Assembly: GCA_030390025.1 (NCBI GenBank)
Contig: CM059432.1
Coordinates: 62,126,001 to 62,190,000, forward strand
Direction of reading: 5' to 3'
From: Squalus acanthias
Lineage: Eukaryota
DNA length: 64,000 nucleotides
Part shown: in pieces, positions 23,939-37,361 of the stretch
How positions within the stretch are numbered: position 1 is the stretch's first letter
Layout of the letters: each line of letters begins with the position of its first letter
The notes under the pieces: generated by a model
Seen by the model: only the letters and a program-made list of their open reading frames with translations
The model's database searches: none
What the model was told of the DNA's origin: nothing
Position numbers and translations under genes: made by a program

Positions 23939-24734
23939 CAACTAAATATATCCTTCCTTCCTACAACAACTACTTAACACTGTGACAACCCTTTGTGCCA
24001 ACTAGCAAACTCGAGTTCCTGATCATCATCATCTATGAAGTGCTCACTGAATGGCATGAGGTGAAGGGGTGGGGGGCTGGGATGGTTCCCTTGGAGCGTT
24101 AGAGACCTGAGGTACCTCTGGTCTCAGGGTAGCTGCTGTCCCAAGCTACCTGCACTGGACACAGGCTCAGAGGTGATACTATTCATTGTCATCACAGACC
24201 TAATAGTCCCATTGAGGTCTTGGACCCTTTGAAATGTGTTCTGTTCAAAGCATCTATTCCACTCCTAGACCCTCATTCTTACTAGTGCTTAGTGACTCAC
24301 CCAGTGACAACCCCTCTAACTGTCTAATTTCTTGAGAGTGGGTGTTCTGTGGTGGTGTTTGCGCAGGTAAGATGCCAGGACAGAGTTAGTGAGAACATGA
24401 CAGAAGTTGTGGATCTGGAAGTGTCCGGGCAGTCATCAGAGTGGCTGCCCTCTTCCTCTAAGGCACCCGCTATGATGTGAAAGAAGAGATCGTTTACCTG
24501 TAAAATGAGTGACATTTGGCCTTTAAGAAATAGTAGGTGATAAGGCATTCCAATATGTTAACAACACACAAGAAGCTGAAACTATGCTGAGCCTTGGCAA
24601 GTCTTAGCCAAGGTTCTCTTTCCAACCTCACCCTCTCCTACAGGCTCTTGTATTCATCTGCCGATCAAATCTAGTTGATCCAGTACATGCTCATGAAAGG
24701 GGAATGGGCTAGCACAAGAGAGAAGACTGAGAAT

Positions 24735-25000
24735 TGTCAGAAAGTGAAGAAAGTAGTTAGAAGTGATTTATTTTTCATACAGGTTATGAGAACATGGAAT
24801 GTTTTACAAGTTCCTATTGAGATTGAGACTATGACATTATTTAAAAGGGAATTGGTTAGGTATTTGCAAAAAGAATAATATAGAAGGGTACAGGAAATGG
24901 GCAGGAACGTGCAATGAGAGTAGACAACTCCACTTGAAAAGCTAGTACCGGCACGGATGCATAGGACTGACTCACCTCCTTTTGTGCTGTAATTTCTAAG
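24735..25000 (+). mobile_element. Degraded CR1 3' fragment
   Basis: ORF 24675 reads VRSDLFFIQVMRTWNVL...FKRELVRYL, followed by a CR1-like 3'UTR. Confidence 0.55.
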
Positions 25001-27829
25001 ATTCTGTAAATGATCTTCTTGAAACAAATGATACTGCCTCAGGTGCCATGCCAAAATACCTAATTTATAGGCATGGTCCTGTAGGTATTGGTTACCTGTT
25101 ACAAACTTTTTTTCATGCAAATGTAAAGCAACATAAACTGAAAAATCAAAATGTGCATTCTATGGGAAAGGTAAGATTGTGATTGGCAATATCAACTGGA
25201 CAGTGCTCTCCCTTAATGCTGCTCACCTGTGCTGTTTCTTCCTGTATATAGCTTTCTGTGTACCTTTTTGTCTTTGTCTCTGAATAGCTCTTTTTCTTTC
25301 CCCTTGTATTCTTTGAAAGACCCATGCATGAATTGATTCTGTATTAAGTTCATAATACGAAGGAAAGACTTCTTTGCAGCTCTGTGGCCGCCTTGTTTCT
25401 CTGAGTGAATTTTGAAGCATTGATTTTGTTTCTTGATTTCTGCTTTACCAGTTGTGAATGATGGAAACATCACTCTCCAACTTTCCAATGCAAGGTGGTG
25501 CACCATGCTAAAATATAAAATGAGTAATGGTTAAGGAATAAATATAATGTGCTAGACATTGGCCAGGAATTTCTACTTCTGCACTTGCTAGCTTGTGATT
25601 TTCTGCCTGTCCACTTTAATGGGTGGAAAATCGTGGGTTGACAAGTGCAGGAGCGGTAAACCCTGGCCATTGAGCTGCCACTTTTTTTTTTTAAGCATTA
25701 GAGTTCCAAAAAGCCTTCATGTTGATTTTTTTTTTACACTTCATTCTGACAAGCTAAATGTACCTTAGCGAGGTAGTGCTTTAAAATACTATCAGCAGCA
25801 AGGTTAACCCAAATACAGAAATTAAAATAATCCCCGTTGCTCCTAATGTTGGTGTCCCAGCCTCCTGCTGTAACTACATGATAACTTGTTTTAAGTAATA
25901 GTTAATTGCCCTGGATAGTAATGTTTTCTCACTATTGACCACAAATGGATTATTTGTAGATTCACTAAATTGACCAAAGTTCTTTGTTTATTTTGCCACT
26001 TTATTCAAATTAGTAAAAGAGCAGCAAAGTTTGAAATGGCCCACTGTTTTCATAAAAGAACAACCATTTTTTGTTTACAAATGCATGCCAGGCTTAAAAT
26101 GCATCATTAATCATTTATACATGATGTCAAAATGGTGTGTATCTTCTGGCTTTTACTGTCCCCACAATGAAAGGTTTGCCTAACATTTTTTTAGTGTCAG
26201 ACAGTAAACAATTGACTAAAACTGAGCACTGAGAAAGCTAATCAAGTCACTTTATGACAGATGTGGGCAATCCAAAAGAGAGCAGTAGTGGGATTGTTTG
26301 TTTTGAATTTTAGGTTACAGTGCAATCTAATCCTGATAACCGCATAATTTGTAAAAAAAAAATGAATGTCTAGATGTAAACTTTTGTTTAATGGGAGTAA
26401 ATATAGAGTATATCCAACGTGATGGAAATACTGTAAATGTTTGGATGAGGTATATGTTTGTCCATTGCAGTCATTTGGTGGGCATTTGTAAGTGCTATAA
26501 ACAGACCAAGAGCTGCTTCTATCTGCAGATTTTATGACAGGATGTGTACTTGGTGTGAGGTTACTTCTGTTTTGTGTACTGGGCTTGGGGACATGTAACC
26601 CAGTTTAGGCAAAGTGAAAACAGTAGTAAACAATTCTTTCATGTATTTTTTCAATTCTACTCTCCTGGTATGTTAACGCAGCACACATTTCACTTTCCAA
26701 AAGATTGTTCAAATCACAAGGCTCTTAACCAAAACAAAGTTGTTCTTAAAGCATGTTCCGAGGGACTGCCTAAGAAGGAGAAGATGCTTTGATGTAACAG
26801 TACTATGATGCATTTGAGTACAGTGCATTATTTAAAAATTTGAAGCTTTGCTTTTTACAGGGTGTTGAGTTTGTCTGTCTGTCAAGTTGAAGCATGTTGA
26901 TGCCAGGGTTTTGTCCTTGGTGTCAAATGGGTTAGTTGCAGAATAAAGCTCCCTGCACGTTGCCCTAATAAAGTGTCTCAACCAAAGTAGAGCACTTTGT
27001 ACCGGAGCAAATGTGACATTTCCATTTCTTACATCAGCCGTCTTGTGGCTTGTTTCATGCTAAACTAGCAATTTAGCGCTGATCAGTACAGTTTTCTGCT
27101 GTGAATTCACACCACAAGGACCTGTACTGTGACTGCAGAAAGTAATTTCTCTTGGCACTTTACAGTCAGCATAGAGTCTCTGCTGTCATCATTATTCTGG
27201 ACTAGATTTGAGCCCAAGTCCGAGAGAAGGAAGGACCATTTTCGAATAGGCTGTGGAACCTATTTAACCATCAGTTTTTATTTTTTAGTTTTCTTGATTT
27301 CTATAGGGACTAGGGACATTCAGAGGCAGCAGTGTTAAATTATACCTTAATTAATGGTGTCCTTTACTCTGTTTTTGCCATTACTGGTGCCTGAGATGGT
27401 CCAGTTGGGGGTGGCCTCAATTTGCTCAAAATATTAAGTTTTCTTTCTGCTTATTTGTACTCCAAATACATTATATGGCATTCCACCTTCCTGTGCATTT
27501 TCAGTGTATGCAAATACTGTTGCTGAGCAGAAGCTTTTGCTGTGGCCTTGCTGGAGAGAGCAATGGCAAAAAAAATTTAAATCACATTTACCATTGATAA
27601 TGAATTTCCAAGCCAGTTGTTAACCAGATTTCTGTGAAAGGAACAGATACTTTTTTGGATATACACTATGTAAGGGTATGCTCCTTCACCTTTCCTGTCT
27701 TCCCTTGCAAGCTTCACTCAGGCTATGTACTTCCATTAGCTGAGATGGTGGGGTAGGAGACCATTTTCCCAGCTGTTACCAGTACTGCTGTCAGGTGGTC
27801 ACCTTGAGCAAGTGAGGTGTATACACTAC

Positions 27830-28535
27830 TAGCGCCTTTAACGTAGTAAAACATCCCACTGCTTCACAGGAGCGGTATCAAACAAAATTTGACACCGATC
27901 CATATAAGGAGATATTAAGAGAGATGACCAAAAGCTTGGTCAAAGAGGTAGGTTTTAAGGAGCATATTAAACTAGGAGAGAGGCTGAGAGATTTAGGGAG
28001 GGAATTCCAGAGCTCAGGGCCTAGGCAGCTGAAGGCACGGCCAGCAATGGTGGAGCGAAGAAAATCGGGGATGAGTGAAAGGCCAGAATTGGAGGAGTGC
28101 AGAGATCTTGGATGGTTGAAGGAGGTTACAGAAATAGGGAGGGGCAAGGCCATGGAGGGATTTGTTAACAAGGATGAGAATTTTAAAACTGAGGCATAAC
28201 TGGACCGGGAGCCAATATAGATCAACGAGCACAGGGGTGATAGGTGAACGTGACTTGATGCGAGTTAGGATATGGTAGCAGAGTTTATGTAGAGTGGAAG
28301 ATGGGAGGCCTGCCAGGAGAGCATCGGAATAGTCGAGTCTGGAGGTAACAAAGGCATGGATGAGAGTTTCAGCAGCAGATGAGCTGATGCAGGGACGGAG
28401 TGAAGCGATGTTACGGAGGTGGAAGTAGGCAACTTTGGTGATGGAGCGGATATGTGGTCGGAAGCTCATCTCGGGGTCAAATACAACACCATGGTTGTGA
28501 ACGGTCTGGTTCAGCCTAAGACAGTTGCCACTATT
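27830..28535 (-). mobile_element. L2-clade LINE 3' fragment
   Basis: ORF 28014..28544 reads GVVFDPEMSFRPHI...FHLRNI...LIHAFVTSRLDY...ITPVL..LYWLPV, and a second frame gives GRAFS...LWNSLP. This is a typical L2 ORF2 C-terminus. Confidence 0.88.
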
Positions 28536-28837
28536 GGAATGCACCTCGTATTACACAATCGCATTGAGTCTCCAAAAAACTGGCACGTTCATAAATGCAC
28601 CTCAGCTCCAAAGAGTGGATATATTTTTTCCAGATTAGATAATATTAAGAAAATAGTCCAGGGACTGTGCTCTTTGAACTTCACGTAGACCATAAGAACA
28701 TAAACTTCACCACGTACAATCCACCATTTTATGGACTGTGCCTCATCCATGCTGGGATTCTTTCTTTTCCTGGTATATATAAATGATCCAGAATCTCAGT
28801 CCCAGTTTAATGTCGTTAAACTCACAGCTGATGCCAA

Positions 28838-29895
28838 GTGCTCGATTTTAACTCCTGGGTGTGAGGGCAGAGAAACGAGTGGCAGCAGGCAGGCTGAGCT
28901 CATTTTAACAGCAAACCTCATTAACATGCTGCTTACCGGCTTCCCAATCAAAATGGCCAGGAAGTCAGCGGGAAACATCTGCCTGGCCGTTGAAATTGGG
29001 CAACAGGAGGCCACCACTGGGGACCCAGGGTTATGGTCCCCGGCTTGAGGTTTGTTCCCTGGGAGGCGAATGCTGGTTGGGAGAGGAAGCCTGGTAGGCT
29101 CAAAGTTTCCTCATGGTCCACCAGAAAGCTAAAAGAAATGTTTTAAAAACTTACTTGACTGGGCTTCTTCTGGCCCTGGCTGCTGTTCCCAGCAACTTTT
29201 GCTTGGCGGGGTGCCACCACTGCTCCCCCTGCTCAGGCCTCAGGTTAAAAGGGAAGATCAGGCCCCGATGATGTAATTGGAGTCTGATCTTCATACAGGA
29301 AACTTTCGTTTATCCGGCACCCAAATATCCGGAATTCTCGCTTAACCGGCAAAAATCATCCTCCGAAAACTCCTCTCAAATAACCGGCAATGTTGCCGAG
29401 TCGCAGTCGAGTCTCCGCGAACGCCGAGTGCTCCGAAAAATCCTCTCAAATAACCGGCAATGTTGCCGATCCCGAGTCCGAGTCCGAGAACGCCGATTTA
29501 GTCAGTAGGGGTACTTTTCAAAAGTGCCACTACTCGGCCTCCTGGCGCTGTCGCAAGTCCGAAACATTGCAGTAGCAGGAGTAGATTCTCCTGTGCTGCT
29601 TGGAGTCTCTTTGTTAAAAATAGCCTCGGTAGATATAACTCTCTGTTATCCGGTACTTTCGATAAACCGGCACCACGCCGGTCCCGTCGATGCCGGATCC
29701 GTCGATGCCGGATAAACGAAAGTTTCCTGTATTTAAAGAGGAGCCAGTTTGTGGTGAGTGTCCTTGCCACATGCAATTTAATATTGCAGTTGGCCAGATC
29801 AGGGTGGGAAAGGAGAGTTTATTTCCCCTGCTCCATCTGAAATGCGCCCCCCGGGCCTGGTTTCTGCTCGGTGAAGAGAGTTAAAATTCGAGCCC
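28838..29895. mobile_element. Harbinger-like MITE containing a nested Tigger-like MITE
   Basis: Termini GTGCTCGATTTTAACTC and GAGTTAAAATTCGAGCCC. Flanks CAA/CGA. It interrupts the CR1 (F)ADDTK-MGG segment. Confidence 0.72.
29296..29729. mobile_element. Tc1/mariner-superfamily (pogo/Tigger-like) MITE
   Basis: Perfect 24-bp TIR CAGGAAACTTTCGTTTATCCGGCA. TA duplication at 29294-29295 and 29730-29731. Internal repeats of aaccggca/atccgg. Confidence 0.92.
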
Positions 29896-30130
29896 CGAGA
29901 ATGGGGGCATGGGAGGAAGAAACTGAATAAGATCTTGGAAAGGGAGCTTGACGAAGTCTGCTCCTGGGCTGATGAAGTTCATTGCAGACAAACGCATGGT
30001 TCTGCATATTGAAAAGAATAATAGGAGACATGACCATTCCATGGGTCAGATTGAAAGAAACCTTGAGACGTTGGCTTTCTCATTGTTCAGTATGTCCAAG
30101 CAGTGCGAGGTTCCAATGAACAAAGTAAAC

Positions 30131-30722
30131 CCTGGGCGAACTTGTATTTTGGCGCCTTTCTTAGAGTTTAAGTATGTTGTAATATTAGCGAAAGTTTCAG
30201 AAACAAAGCTGTAATCACAAAAGTTTTTATAATTTAAATAAATGATATAAGTCATAAAAAAATAACATTATAGCTAAGTGACAAATAAACTAAAGATTAA
30301 ATTAAATATTAAACTAATAAATAACAATAACAAATAAAAAATGTGTTCACCAAGATATTTTGAGCCGCATCATTCTCGATAGACAGGATGGCCAGCGAAG
30401 ATGGCCTGTCATCTCCCATGGTCAGTCGCAAATATGTTTTTATGAGCTTCAACTTTGAGAAGCTCCACTCGCTGCTCACCACCGATACAGGCATGGTTAA
30501 CGGGATCCTGAGTGCTATCCATATGTTTGGGAACTTACTCTTTGAACTTGAAGTTTACTCTTCTTGAGGACCACTACAGTCTGTTGCAAGCCGACTTTGG
30601 AGATAGCCAAGTTCTTTGCAGAGGTTGACGCCATTAATGTCGGACCCTCTTGACCACGGCGCGCCCCCCCCCCCCTTGACCACAGTGCCCTGGGCAGTCG
30701 CCCACCTGTGAGGCTGGCCCTG
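30131..30722 (-). mobile_element. hAT (Tip100-like) non-autonomous remnant with transposase C-terminal dimerisation domain
   Basis: Minus strand about 30360-30533 reads FPNIWIALRIPLTMPVSVVSSEWSFSKLKLIKTYLRLTMGDDRPSSLAILSIE (hATC domain). Terminus CAGGGCCAG at 30722. The other end is eroded, and AAACC is seen on both flanks. Confidence 0.85.
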
Positions 30723-31577
30723 AAACCGGATTCTGAGGCATATTGTCAAATTATCTGACTTCAGATTCTCCAGGAATTTTACAGTCTCCAAAATTAGAGT
30801 CCTTTAGTTAGACTGGATGCAGATCTGATTGCTGCAACAGGATGGAGCCAACTAGAGGTGGTGCAAAAGAGAGCAAAGAGGCTGATCCCTAGTGTTAAGA
30901 GGGATAAGCTGGGGCTCTTCAGCTGAGAAAAGAGACATCTTCGATGCGACTTTAGAGTTTTATAGGATACTTAATGGCATAGAGGAAGTAAACCTGTACA
31001 ATGAAACAATTAATTTTTAACATTCCGTGTTTTCCTAAAAAGCATAAACTTTTCTCACGTTTCTCTTCAGATTTCCCATGTTGGAGTCTAACTGTGGTTG
31101 TTGTTGTCAGTTATATGTCAGAAAGATTTTTTTTTGTTTTGGCTGTACATTCCTGCTTGTGTATGTAAATGAATTAGCATTTAACTGAGGATTCAGATGA
31201 GGCTTCCCATAATATCCTGCAGTATTTCCTGATAATGGAATGACTGCTTCCTGCTGCAAGTGTGGATTTAATGTCTGCATTCCGTGGTGAGCTTATTAGT
31301 ATTGCACTTTGGCTCTGAGACAATTAAAAGGCTTAGGGGTGGATCTATGACTGAGACTAGTTTCCAGTATTTTACTCTGAAGGGCCAGGAAAGGGAATGA
31401 ATGGGGAAAAGCAAGAAAGGTCATTGAGTACGAATGAAGTCCGTGGTTTTCATTACAGATTCAGAATACATACAGCAATACTTTAATGGCTTCAAGAACA
31501 ACAGCAACTATAAAACGGCTTTAACATAGTAAAACGTTCTAAGACGCTTCACAGGGGCACACAATTTGACACCGAGC

Positions 31578-31656
31578 CTTCTCCAGGGTAATTAGGGATA
31601 GGCAATAAATGCTGGCCTTGTCAGCAACGCCCACATCCCATGGACAAATAAAAAAA
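31578..31656 (+). mobile_element. Short 3' end of LINE family 2, inserted in an L2 remnant (about 31500-31700)
   Basis: gggtaattagggataggcaataaatgctggccttgtcagcaacgcccacatcccatg is the reverse-complement match of about 55318-55375. Confidence 0.7.
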
Positions 31657-31852
31657 GAGAAATTAGGGCAGGTGACCAAAAGGTAACAAAGGCATGGATG
31701 TGTGCTTTGCAAGATGTCTCTGCAGGAATATTTTCCAAAAATTAATATATCTATAGAAATTGCCTAATCTTTCTATTATTCTGATTGTGACCTCTATTTT
31801 ATAGCTGCATTGAAATAAATGCACTTCTTTTAAAACTTCACTTTTAATTTTC

Positions 31853-32200
31853 TCCGCTCCTCTCCTGAAGGTGTTAATTTATACTGGGATAGATTCCTGG
31901 GTGCACCAGCTATTCACCGGTGCCTCGCCCAAGTGCCCATTCTTAATGTGTAAGCTTAAATTTGCGTGTTGGCAGCTGTTCGACTGCTGCCTTCACCACC
32001 ATGCCTACTTGAGTTCTTGTCTGATGGTGCAGCAAGAGAGCAAACCCTTCGTAGCCCAGTGGCACTGAGGTCAATTGTATTGCCCTTAATGAGGCCGCAG
32101 CTGAGATATGCACAGATGCGGTACTGAACTTGGGGCCTTCTTGGTCTGCATGGCTCTGTTCCACATGAGGAAGAGCACTTGCCACCTCAGCCTTTAGGAA
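31853..32200 (-). mobile_element. LF-SINE, diverged
   Basis: cctctcctgaaggtg, cctcgcccaagtg..attctt..tgtg, agcccagtggcactgaggtcaattgta and cagctgagat are inverted LF-SINE blocks. Confidence 0.7.
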
Positions 32201-33054
32201 CATCTATACTAGATTTTAAAAGATGTTGGAAAGATGAAGGTCGTCAGTGCTAGAGAATTATTTTCTAGTTTTTGTTTGACAGCATTGAGAGCTCTCATCA
32301 GGTCTAGCACAGACCAGACTGAAGAGTAAAGTTCCCATTCAACTGCACCAGTGTGGAATTGCAATTTCTACACACGTCATCTTTTGTGTTCTTTGAGTGA
32401 TATTGCCAATTAGTGTGAAAATTCTCAACAGGTTTGGGTTGTGGCCTCTACTCAGTAAGAACTGAGTTGAAAATATGCAAACACGTTTTACATAGAAGTC
32501 TTGCATCCAGTGGACTGGAGTAGTGACACTTCAATACCATCTAGCTGAGTTTAAACCTAAATACCAGAGGTGAAAGAACAGTGTCCATCAGCCATTCCTC
32601 AATACACTAATTATTAAGCCATTGTGGTAATGCTGACATGAATAGGGGTAGTCAGTGCACTAGGGTACTCAAAGGCATTACTATTCAGCAGTGCAGAATT
32701 ATTTTCAAGATTAATACTTTGAATTTACTTTTGTGGAAATTTGTTTTTGTACACTAATGCTCAAGATCATGCCAGTTAGGAATGAGGTTTCTTTCATTGC
32801 TTGTTTCTTTCATGGAAAAAAAATGTGCTCGGAGTGGAGAATGATTCCTTTGCCACCTTCAAGTTGTCTCACTTAAACCACCTGGTCAAGGCTTGTGAGA
32901 TATCAGTAAGTACAATTATGAAAGTGATTTTGGCTTTCCATGTTATGGTGCATAAACAGGGAACTGTTATTACCAGAAATGAGGGAATAAGTGCTTTTAT
33001 TTGTGTGTGCTAAATAATATTAGTACCACAATGTCAGCTGATGCTAAAAAAGGG

Positions 33055-33505
33055 CCCTACTGACTGTGTTCTGGTCAACAAGATACGAGGCAAACACCCA
33101 AGTTTTGGAGGTGTTGCAGAGAGGAGCCATGAAACTGATCTCTAGTATCAGAGAACTGAGTTATGAGGATAAAAAAAATTCACTCCTCACCCTTGAATGG
33201 AGGCAAATGAAGGTGGATCTTGTAGAGAAGTATGAGACACTTATACTGGAGCACTATTTTAGGTTAAACCTCAACTTCAGGGCAAGGGAACATGGGTACA
33301 ATGTAGTAAAAGGCAAGTTCAGGACTGATGTTGGTAAGCACTTCTTCACGCAAAGAATGATCAGTGCTCAGAATGGCCGTCTGGATAGGGTTGTGGAGCC
33401 AAAAACTCAAAAAAAAAACACTCGAAGCAGTTAGAAGCTGTGATTGGGGAGACTAGGCTCCTGTGGGACAATGAGCTACATGGACTGAACAGCTTCACTA
33501 TCTGT
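33055..33505 (+). mobile_element. Degraded CR1 3' fragment
   Basis: ORF 33066 reads LEVLQRGAMKLI...LSYED...FRTDVGKHFFTQR. Confidence 0.75.
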
Positions 33506-33964
33506 ATAGAGAACCAGGGTTGCTTTCTCTCTTCCTTTTCTCTTCCTGCCTCTCCCCCCCCACCCCCCCCCCTCCCCTCCCACCATACAAACTCATTGTA
33601 GAAGTTAGCCTTCAGTGTTGTGCTTTAGTGCAACTGAGCCACCATTGATTCTCCTATTCTAAACCTAAACATGAAATTGTTCGGTGCTTTCATATTGTGC
33701 GAGACCTGCGCTCGGGTCACTAGGTTCCCTGAGCTCATGCAGCCGGTTGCAAGCCATGTGTAATACTGTCGTCTGACTAACACAGGCTGCTGGAGGACCT
33801 GTTTTTAGTGGGTCTTCCTGGCAGCCAGTGTTGCTGAATGCCGCAACTTTTATGTTTGGCATGCAGTCGCTGCATGAGGCCCATGCTGGCCGAACCTAGC
33901 AACACTGGCACAATATAAAAGTGTTTATTGTTCTTTCACCTGCATAGTTGTAACGCCTAATGAA

Positions 33965-36338
33965 CAAACCAGGGAACAGGCTATTTTAGATCTTGTATTG
34001 TGTAATGAGACAGGGTTAATTAGCAATCTCATAGTAAAGGATCCTCTGGGGCAGAGTGATCATAATATGATAGAATTGCAAGTTAATGTTGAGAGTGACT
34101 TGCCTAAGTCCAAAACTAGAGTCTTAAACTTAAATAAAGCCAATTACATAGGTATGAGGGGCGAGTTGGCTAAGGTAGATTGGAAAAATAGATTAAAAGG
34201 TATGGCAGTAGATAAGCAGTGGCTAGCATTTAAAGAAATATTTCATAATTCTCAACAAAAATACATTCCATTGAGAAACAAAAAACTCCACGAGAAAAGT
34301 GATCCAACCATGGCGAACTAAAGAAGTTAAGGATAGCATTAGATTGAAAGAAGAAGCTTATATTGTTGCAAAGAATAATAGTAAGCCTGAGGATTGGGAG
34401 AGTTTCAGAAACCAGCAAAGGTTGACCAAAAAATTGATAAAAAGGAAAAAAATAGAATGAGAGAAAACTAGCAAGAAATATAAAAGCAGATTGTAAGAGT
34501 TTCTACAAGTATGTAAAAAGGAAAAGAGTAGCAAAAGTAAGCATTGGTCCCTTAGAGGCTGAGACAAGAGAAATTATTATGGGGAATAAGGAAATGGCAG
34601 AAACGTTAAACAAATATTTTGTACCTGTCTTCATAGTAGAAGACACAAAAAGCATACCAAAAATGGTGGGGAACCAAGGGTCTAATGAGGGTGAGGAACT
34701 TAACGTAATTAATATAAGTAGAGAAAAAGTACTAGAGAAACTAATGGGACTAAAAGCTGACAAATCCCCTGGACCAGACGGCCGACATACTAGGGTTCTA
34801 AAAGAGGTGGCTGAAGAGATAGTGGATGCATTGGTTTTGATCTTCCAAAATTCCCTAGATTCTAGAATGGTCCCAGCGGATTGGAAGGTCGCAAATGTAA
34901 CACCGCTATTCAAGAAAGGAGGGAGAGAAAAAACCGGGAACTACAGGCCAGTTAGCCTGACATCAGTCGTCGGGAAAATGCTGGAATCCATTGTTAAAGA
35001 AGTGGTATCAAGTCACTTAGAAAATCATAACATGATTAGGCAGAGTCAACATGGTTTTATGAAAGGGAAATCGTGTTTGACAAATTTATTAGTTTTTTGA
35101 GGATGCAACTAGCAGGGTAGATAAAGGGGAACCAGTGGATGTGTATATTTGGATTTCCAAAAGGCATTTGATAAGGTGCCACATAAAAGGTTATTACACA
35201 AGATTAGGGCTCATGGGATTGGGGGTAATATAGTAGCATGAATAGAGGATTGGTTAATGGACAGAAAACAGAGAGTAGGGATAAACTGATCTTTTTCAGG
35301 TTGGCGGGCTGTAACTAGTGGGGTGCCGCAAGGATCAGTGTTGGGGCCTCAGGTATTTACAATCTATATTAATGACCTAGATGAAGGGACCGAGTGTAAT
35401 GTATTCAAGTTTGCTGATGATACAAAGCTAGGTGGGACAGTAAGCTGTGAGGAGAACACACAGAATCTGCAAAGGGATGTAGATAGACTAAGTGAGTGGG
35501 CAGTAAAGTGGCAGATGGAGTATAATGTAGGGAAATGTGAGGTTATTCACTTTGGCAGGAAGAATAGACAAACAGAATATATTTTAAATGGTGAGAAACT
35601 TTCAAATGTTGGTGTTCAGAGAGATTTGGGTGTCCTCATGCAAGAAACACAGAAAGCTAGCATGCAGGTACAGCAAGCAATAAGGAAGGCAAATGGCATG
35701 TTGGCCTTTATTGCAAGGGGGTTGGAGTATAAGGGTAAGGAAGTCTTGCTATAATTGTACAGGGCCTTGGTGAGACCACACCTGGAGTACTGTGCACAGT
35801 TTTGGTCTCCTTATCTAAGGAAGGATATACTTGCATTGAAGGCAGTGCAACGAAGGTTCACTAGATTGATTCCTGGGATGAGAGGGCTGCCCTATGATGA
35901 GAGATTATGTAGAATGGACCTATACTCTCTGGGGTTTAGAAGAATGAGAGGTGATCTCATTGAAACATACAAGATTCTGAAGGGGATTGACAGGGTAGAT
36001 GCTGAGAGGTTGTTTCCCCTGGCTGGAGTGTCTAGAACTAGGGGGCATCGTCTCAGGATAAGGGGTAGGCCATTTAAGACTGAGATGAGGAGGAATTTCT
36101 TCACTCAGAGGGTTGTGAATCGTTGGAATTCACTGCCCCAGAGGGCTGTGAATGCTGAGTCTTTGAATATATTCAAGGCTGAGATAGATAGATTTTTGGA
36201 CTCTAAGGGAATCAAGGGATATGGAGATCGGGCGGGAAAGTGGAGCCGAGGTCGATGATCAGCCATGATCTTATTGAATGGCGGAGCAGGCTCGAGGGGC
36301 CAGATGGCCTACTGCTGATCTTACTACTTATGTTCTAA
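33965..36338 (+). mobile_element. CR1/HER1-type LINE, 5'-truncated within EN, disrupted ORF2
   Basis: ORFs at 33998, 34579, 35323 and 35755 carry [20 protein letters not shown] and RPHLEYC. The 3'UTR ends in ttatgttct. Confidence 0.95.
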
Positions 36339-37361
36339 TGGAGTCTTATGAGTTGTGTTTTCTGATTCCTGTGGCAATTTGTGTATCTGATGGAGATGAA
36401 TGGGGCCTACAGGGTTTTCCTGTGATGAGATGCTCTATGTATTTGCTTGCAGGAAAATAGAATTACATTTTTGCGAAACATTTTATCATGCACCTTTAAT
36501 ACAAAGCCAATGCAATCTCTAGTTACATTTAATAATCTGACACAAATAGAACCATTTACAACTTAAAGGAATCGCTCAGTGTTATAAGGGACTGCATTTC
36601 CTGTTGAGGCTGTACTTTTGAAGGTATAATGTATGAAAACTATTAGTAAATGTACTGATTATATTCGAATATGCACTTAACACCTAAATCTGAGAAATTA
36701 GCGTGATGTTCTGCATTTTTCCACACTGATGATTATAAGTGATGATATTGGTGACATTTTTGACCATACTGGTGTTAAAACGGAAATAATTGATGAAGAG
36801 ATAAAATATTTCTGTCTATTAGCCTGAAAGCGTAAATAACTTTGGCAGCTGGCATGAGAAGATTATGTAACAAGGTCCTCGATGTTCATAGACGCAAAAC
36901 TATATCAGTGTCTGAATCTGACATTTCTACGCTGCTTTTAATATACCTTGTGGTTACAAATGACGTGATTAATCTTAAAACCAGACCACAGCAGGCCTGA
37001 AAGCAGAGTTAAGTTAACACTTTTGTGATTTCCATTCAAAAGTTTTTGTGAAGAATAATTAGCTAAAGCCACCCTTTTATTGTTCTCTATTTTACAATTG
37101 ATGTTTCAGTATATTCATTGATGGAAAATATTTCAGAGAAGCTTTTTTTTACAAAACATTCATGAGTTAGTTTAATACTCAGTGTGACTAGATACATGTC
37201 AATAAAACAATATATTTTTTCAACAAACAGCTGATGGTGATTTTTTTTTAATCTCTCAAATTTTCTCCTCTCACCCACTTCTTGACTCCTTGCTTGGTTT
37301 AATAGGCAATGGATGCAATCCAAAATCTTACCCAAATGGTCATTATTCAATTATGAGCCTT

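Larger units (their letters stand above)
28740..31000 (+). mobile_element. Old degraded CR1 that hosts three DNA-transposon insertions
   Basis: YIND...ADAK stops at 28837 and resumes at about 29899 (atggggg...gggctgatgaagttc). caaagtaaacc|ggattctg is split by the hAT remnant. ctagaggtggtgcaaaagagagca occurs at about 30852. Confidence 0.65.

Noticed and set aside
24324..24548. Possible minus-strand exon (ttttacAG/gtaaac...; acidic, Ser/Thr-rich peptide)
   Set aside because: No recognisable homology and no clear exon pair.
27527..27550. G CAG AAG CTT TTG (QKLL) as the next SPIDR exon
   Set aside because: No AG acceptor at the phase needed, and the downstream peptide does not resemble SPIDR.
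29361..29470. Direct repeat with spacer resembling a CRISPR array
   Set aside because: Only two units, inside a TA-flanked MITE, in vertebrate DNA with no cas genes.
30309..30533. Host ZMYM1/ZBED-like gene exon
   Set aside because: It lies inside a short hAT-terminated insertion that splits a CR1, so it is best read as a transposon remnant.
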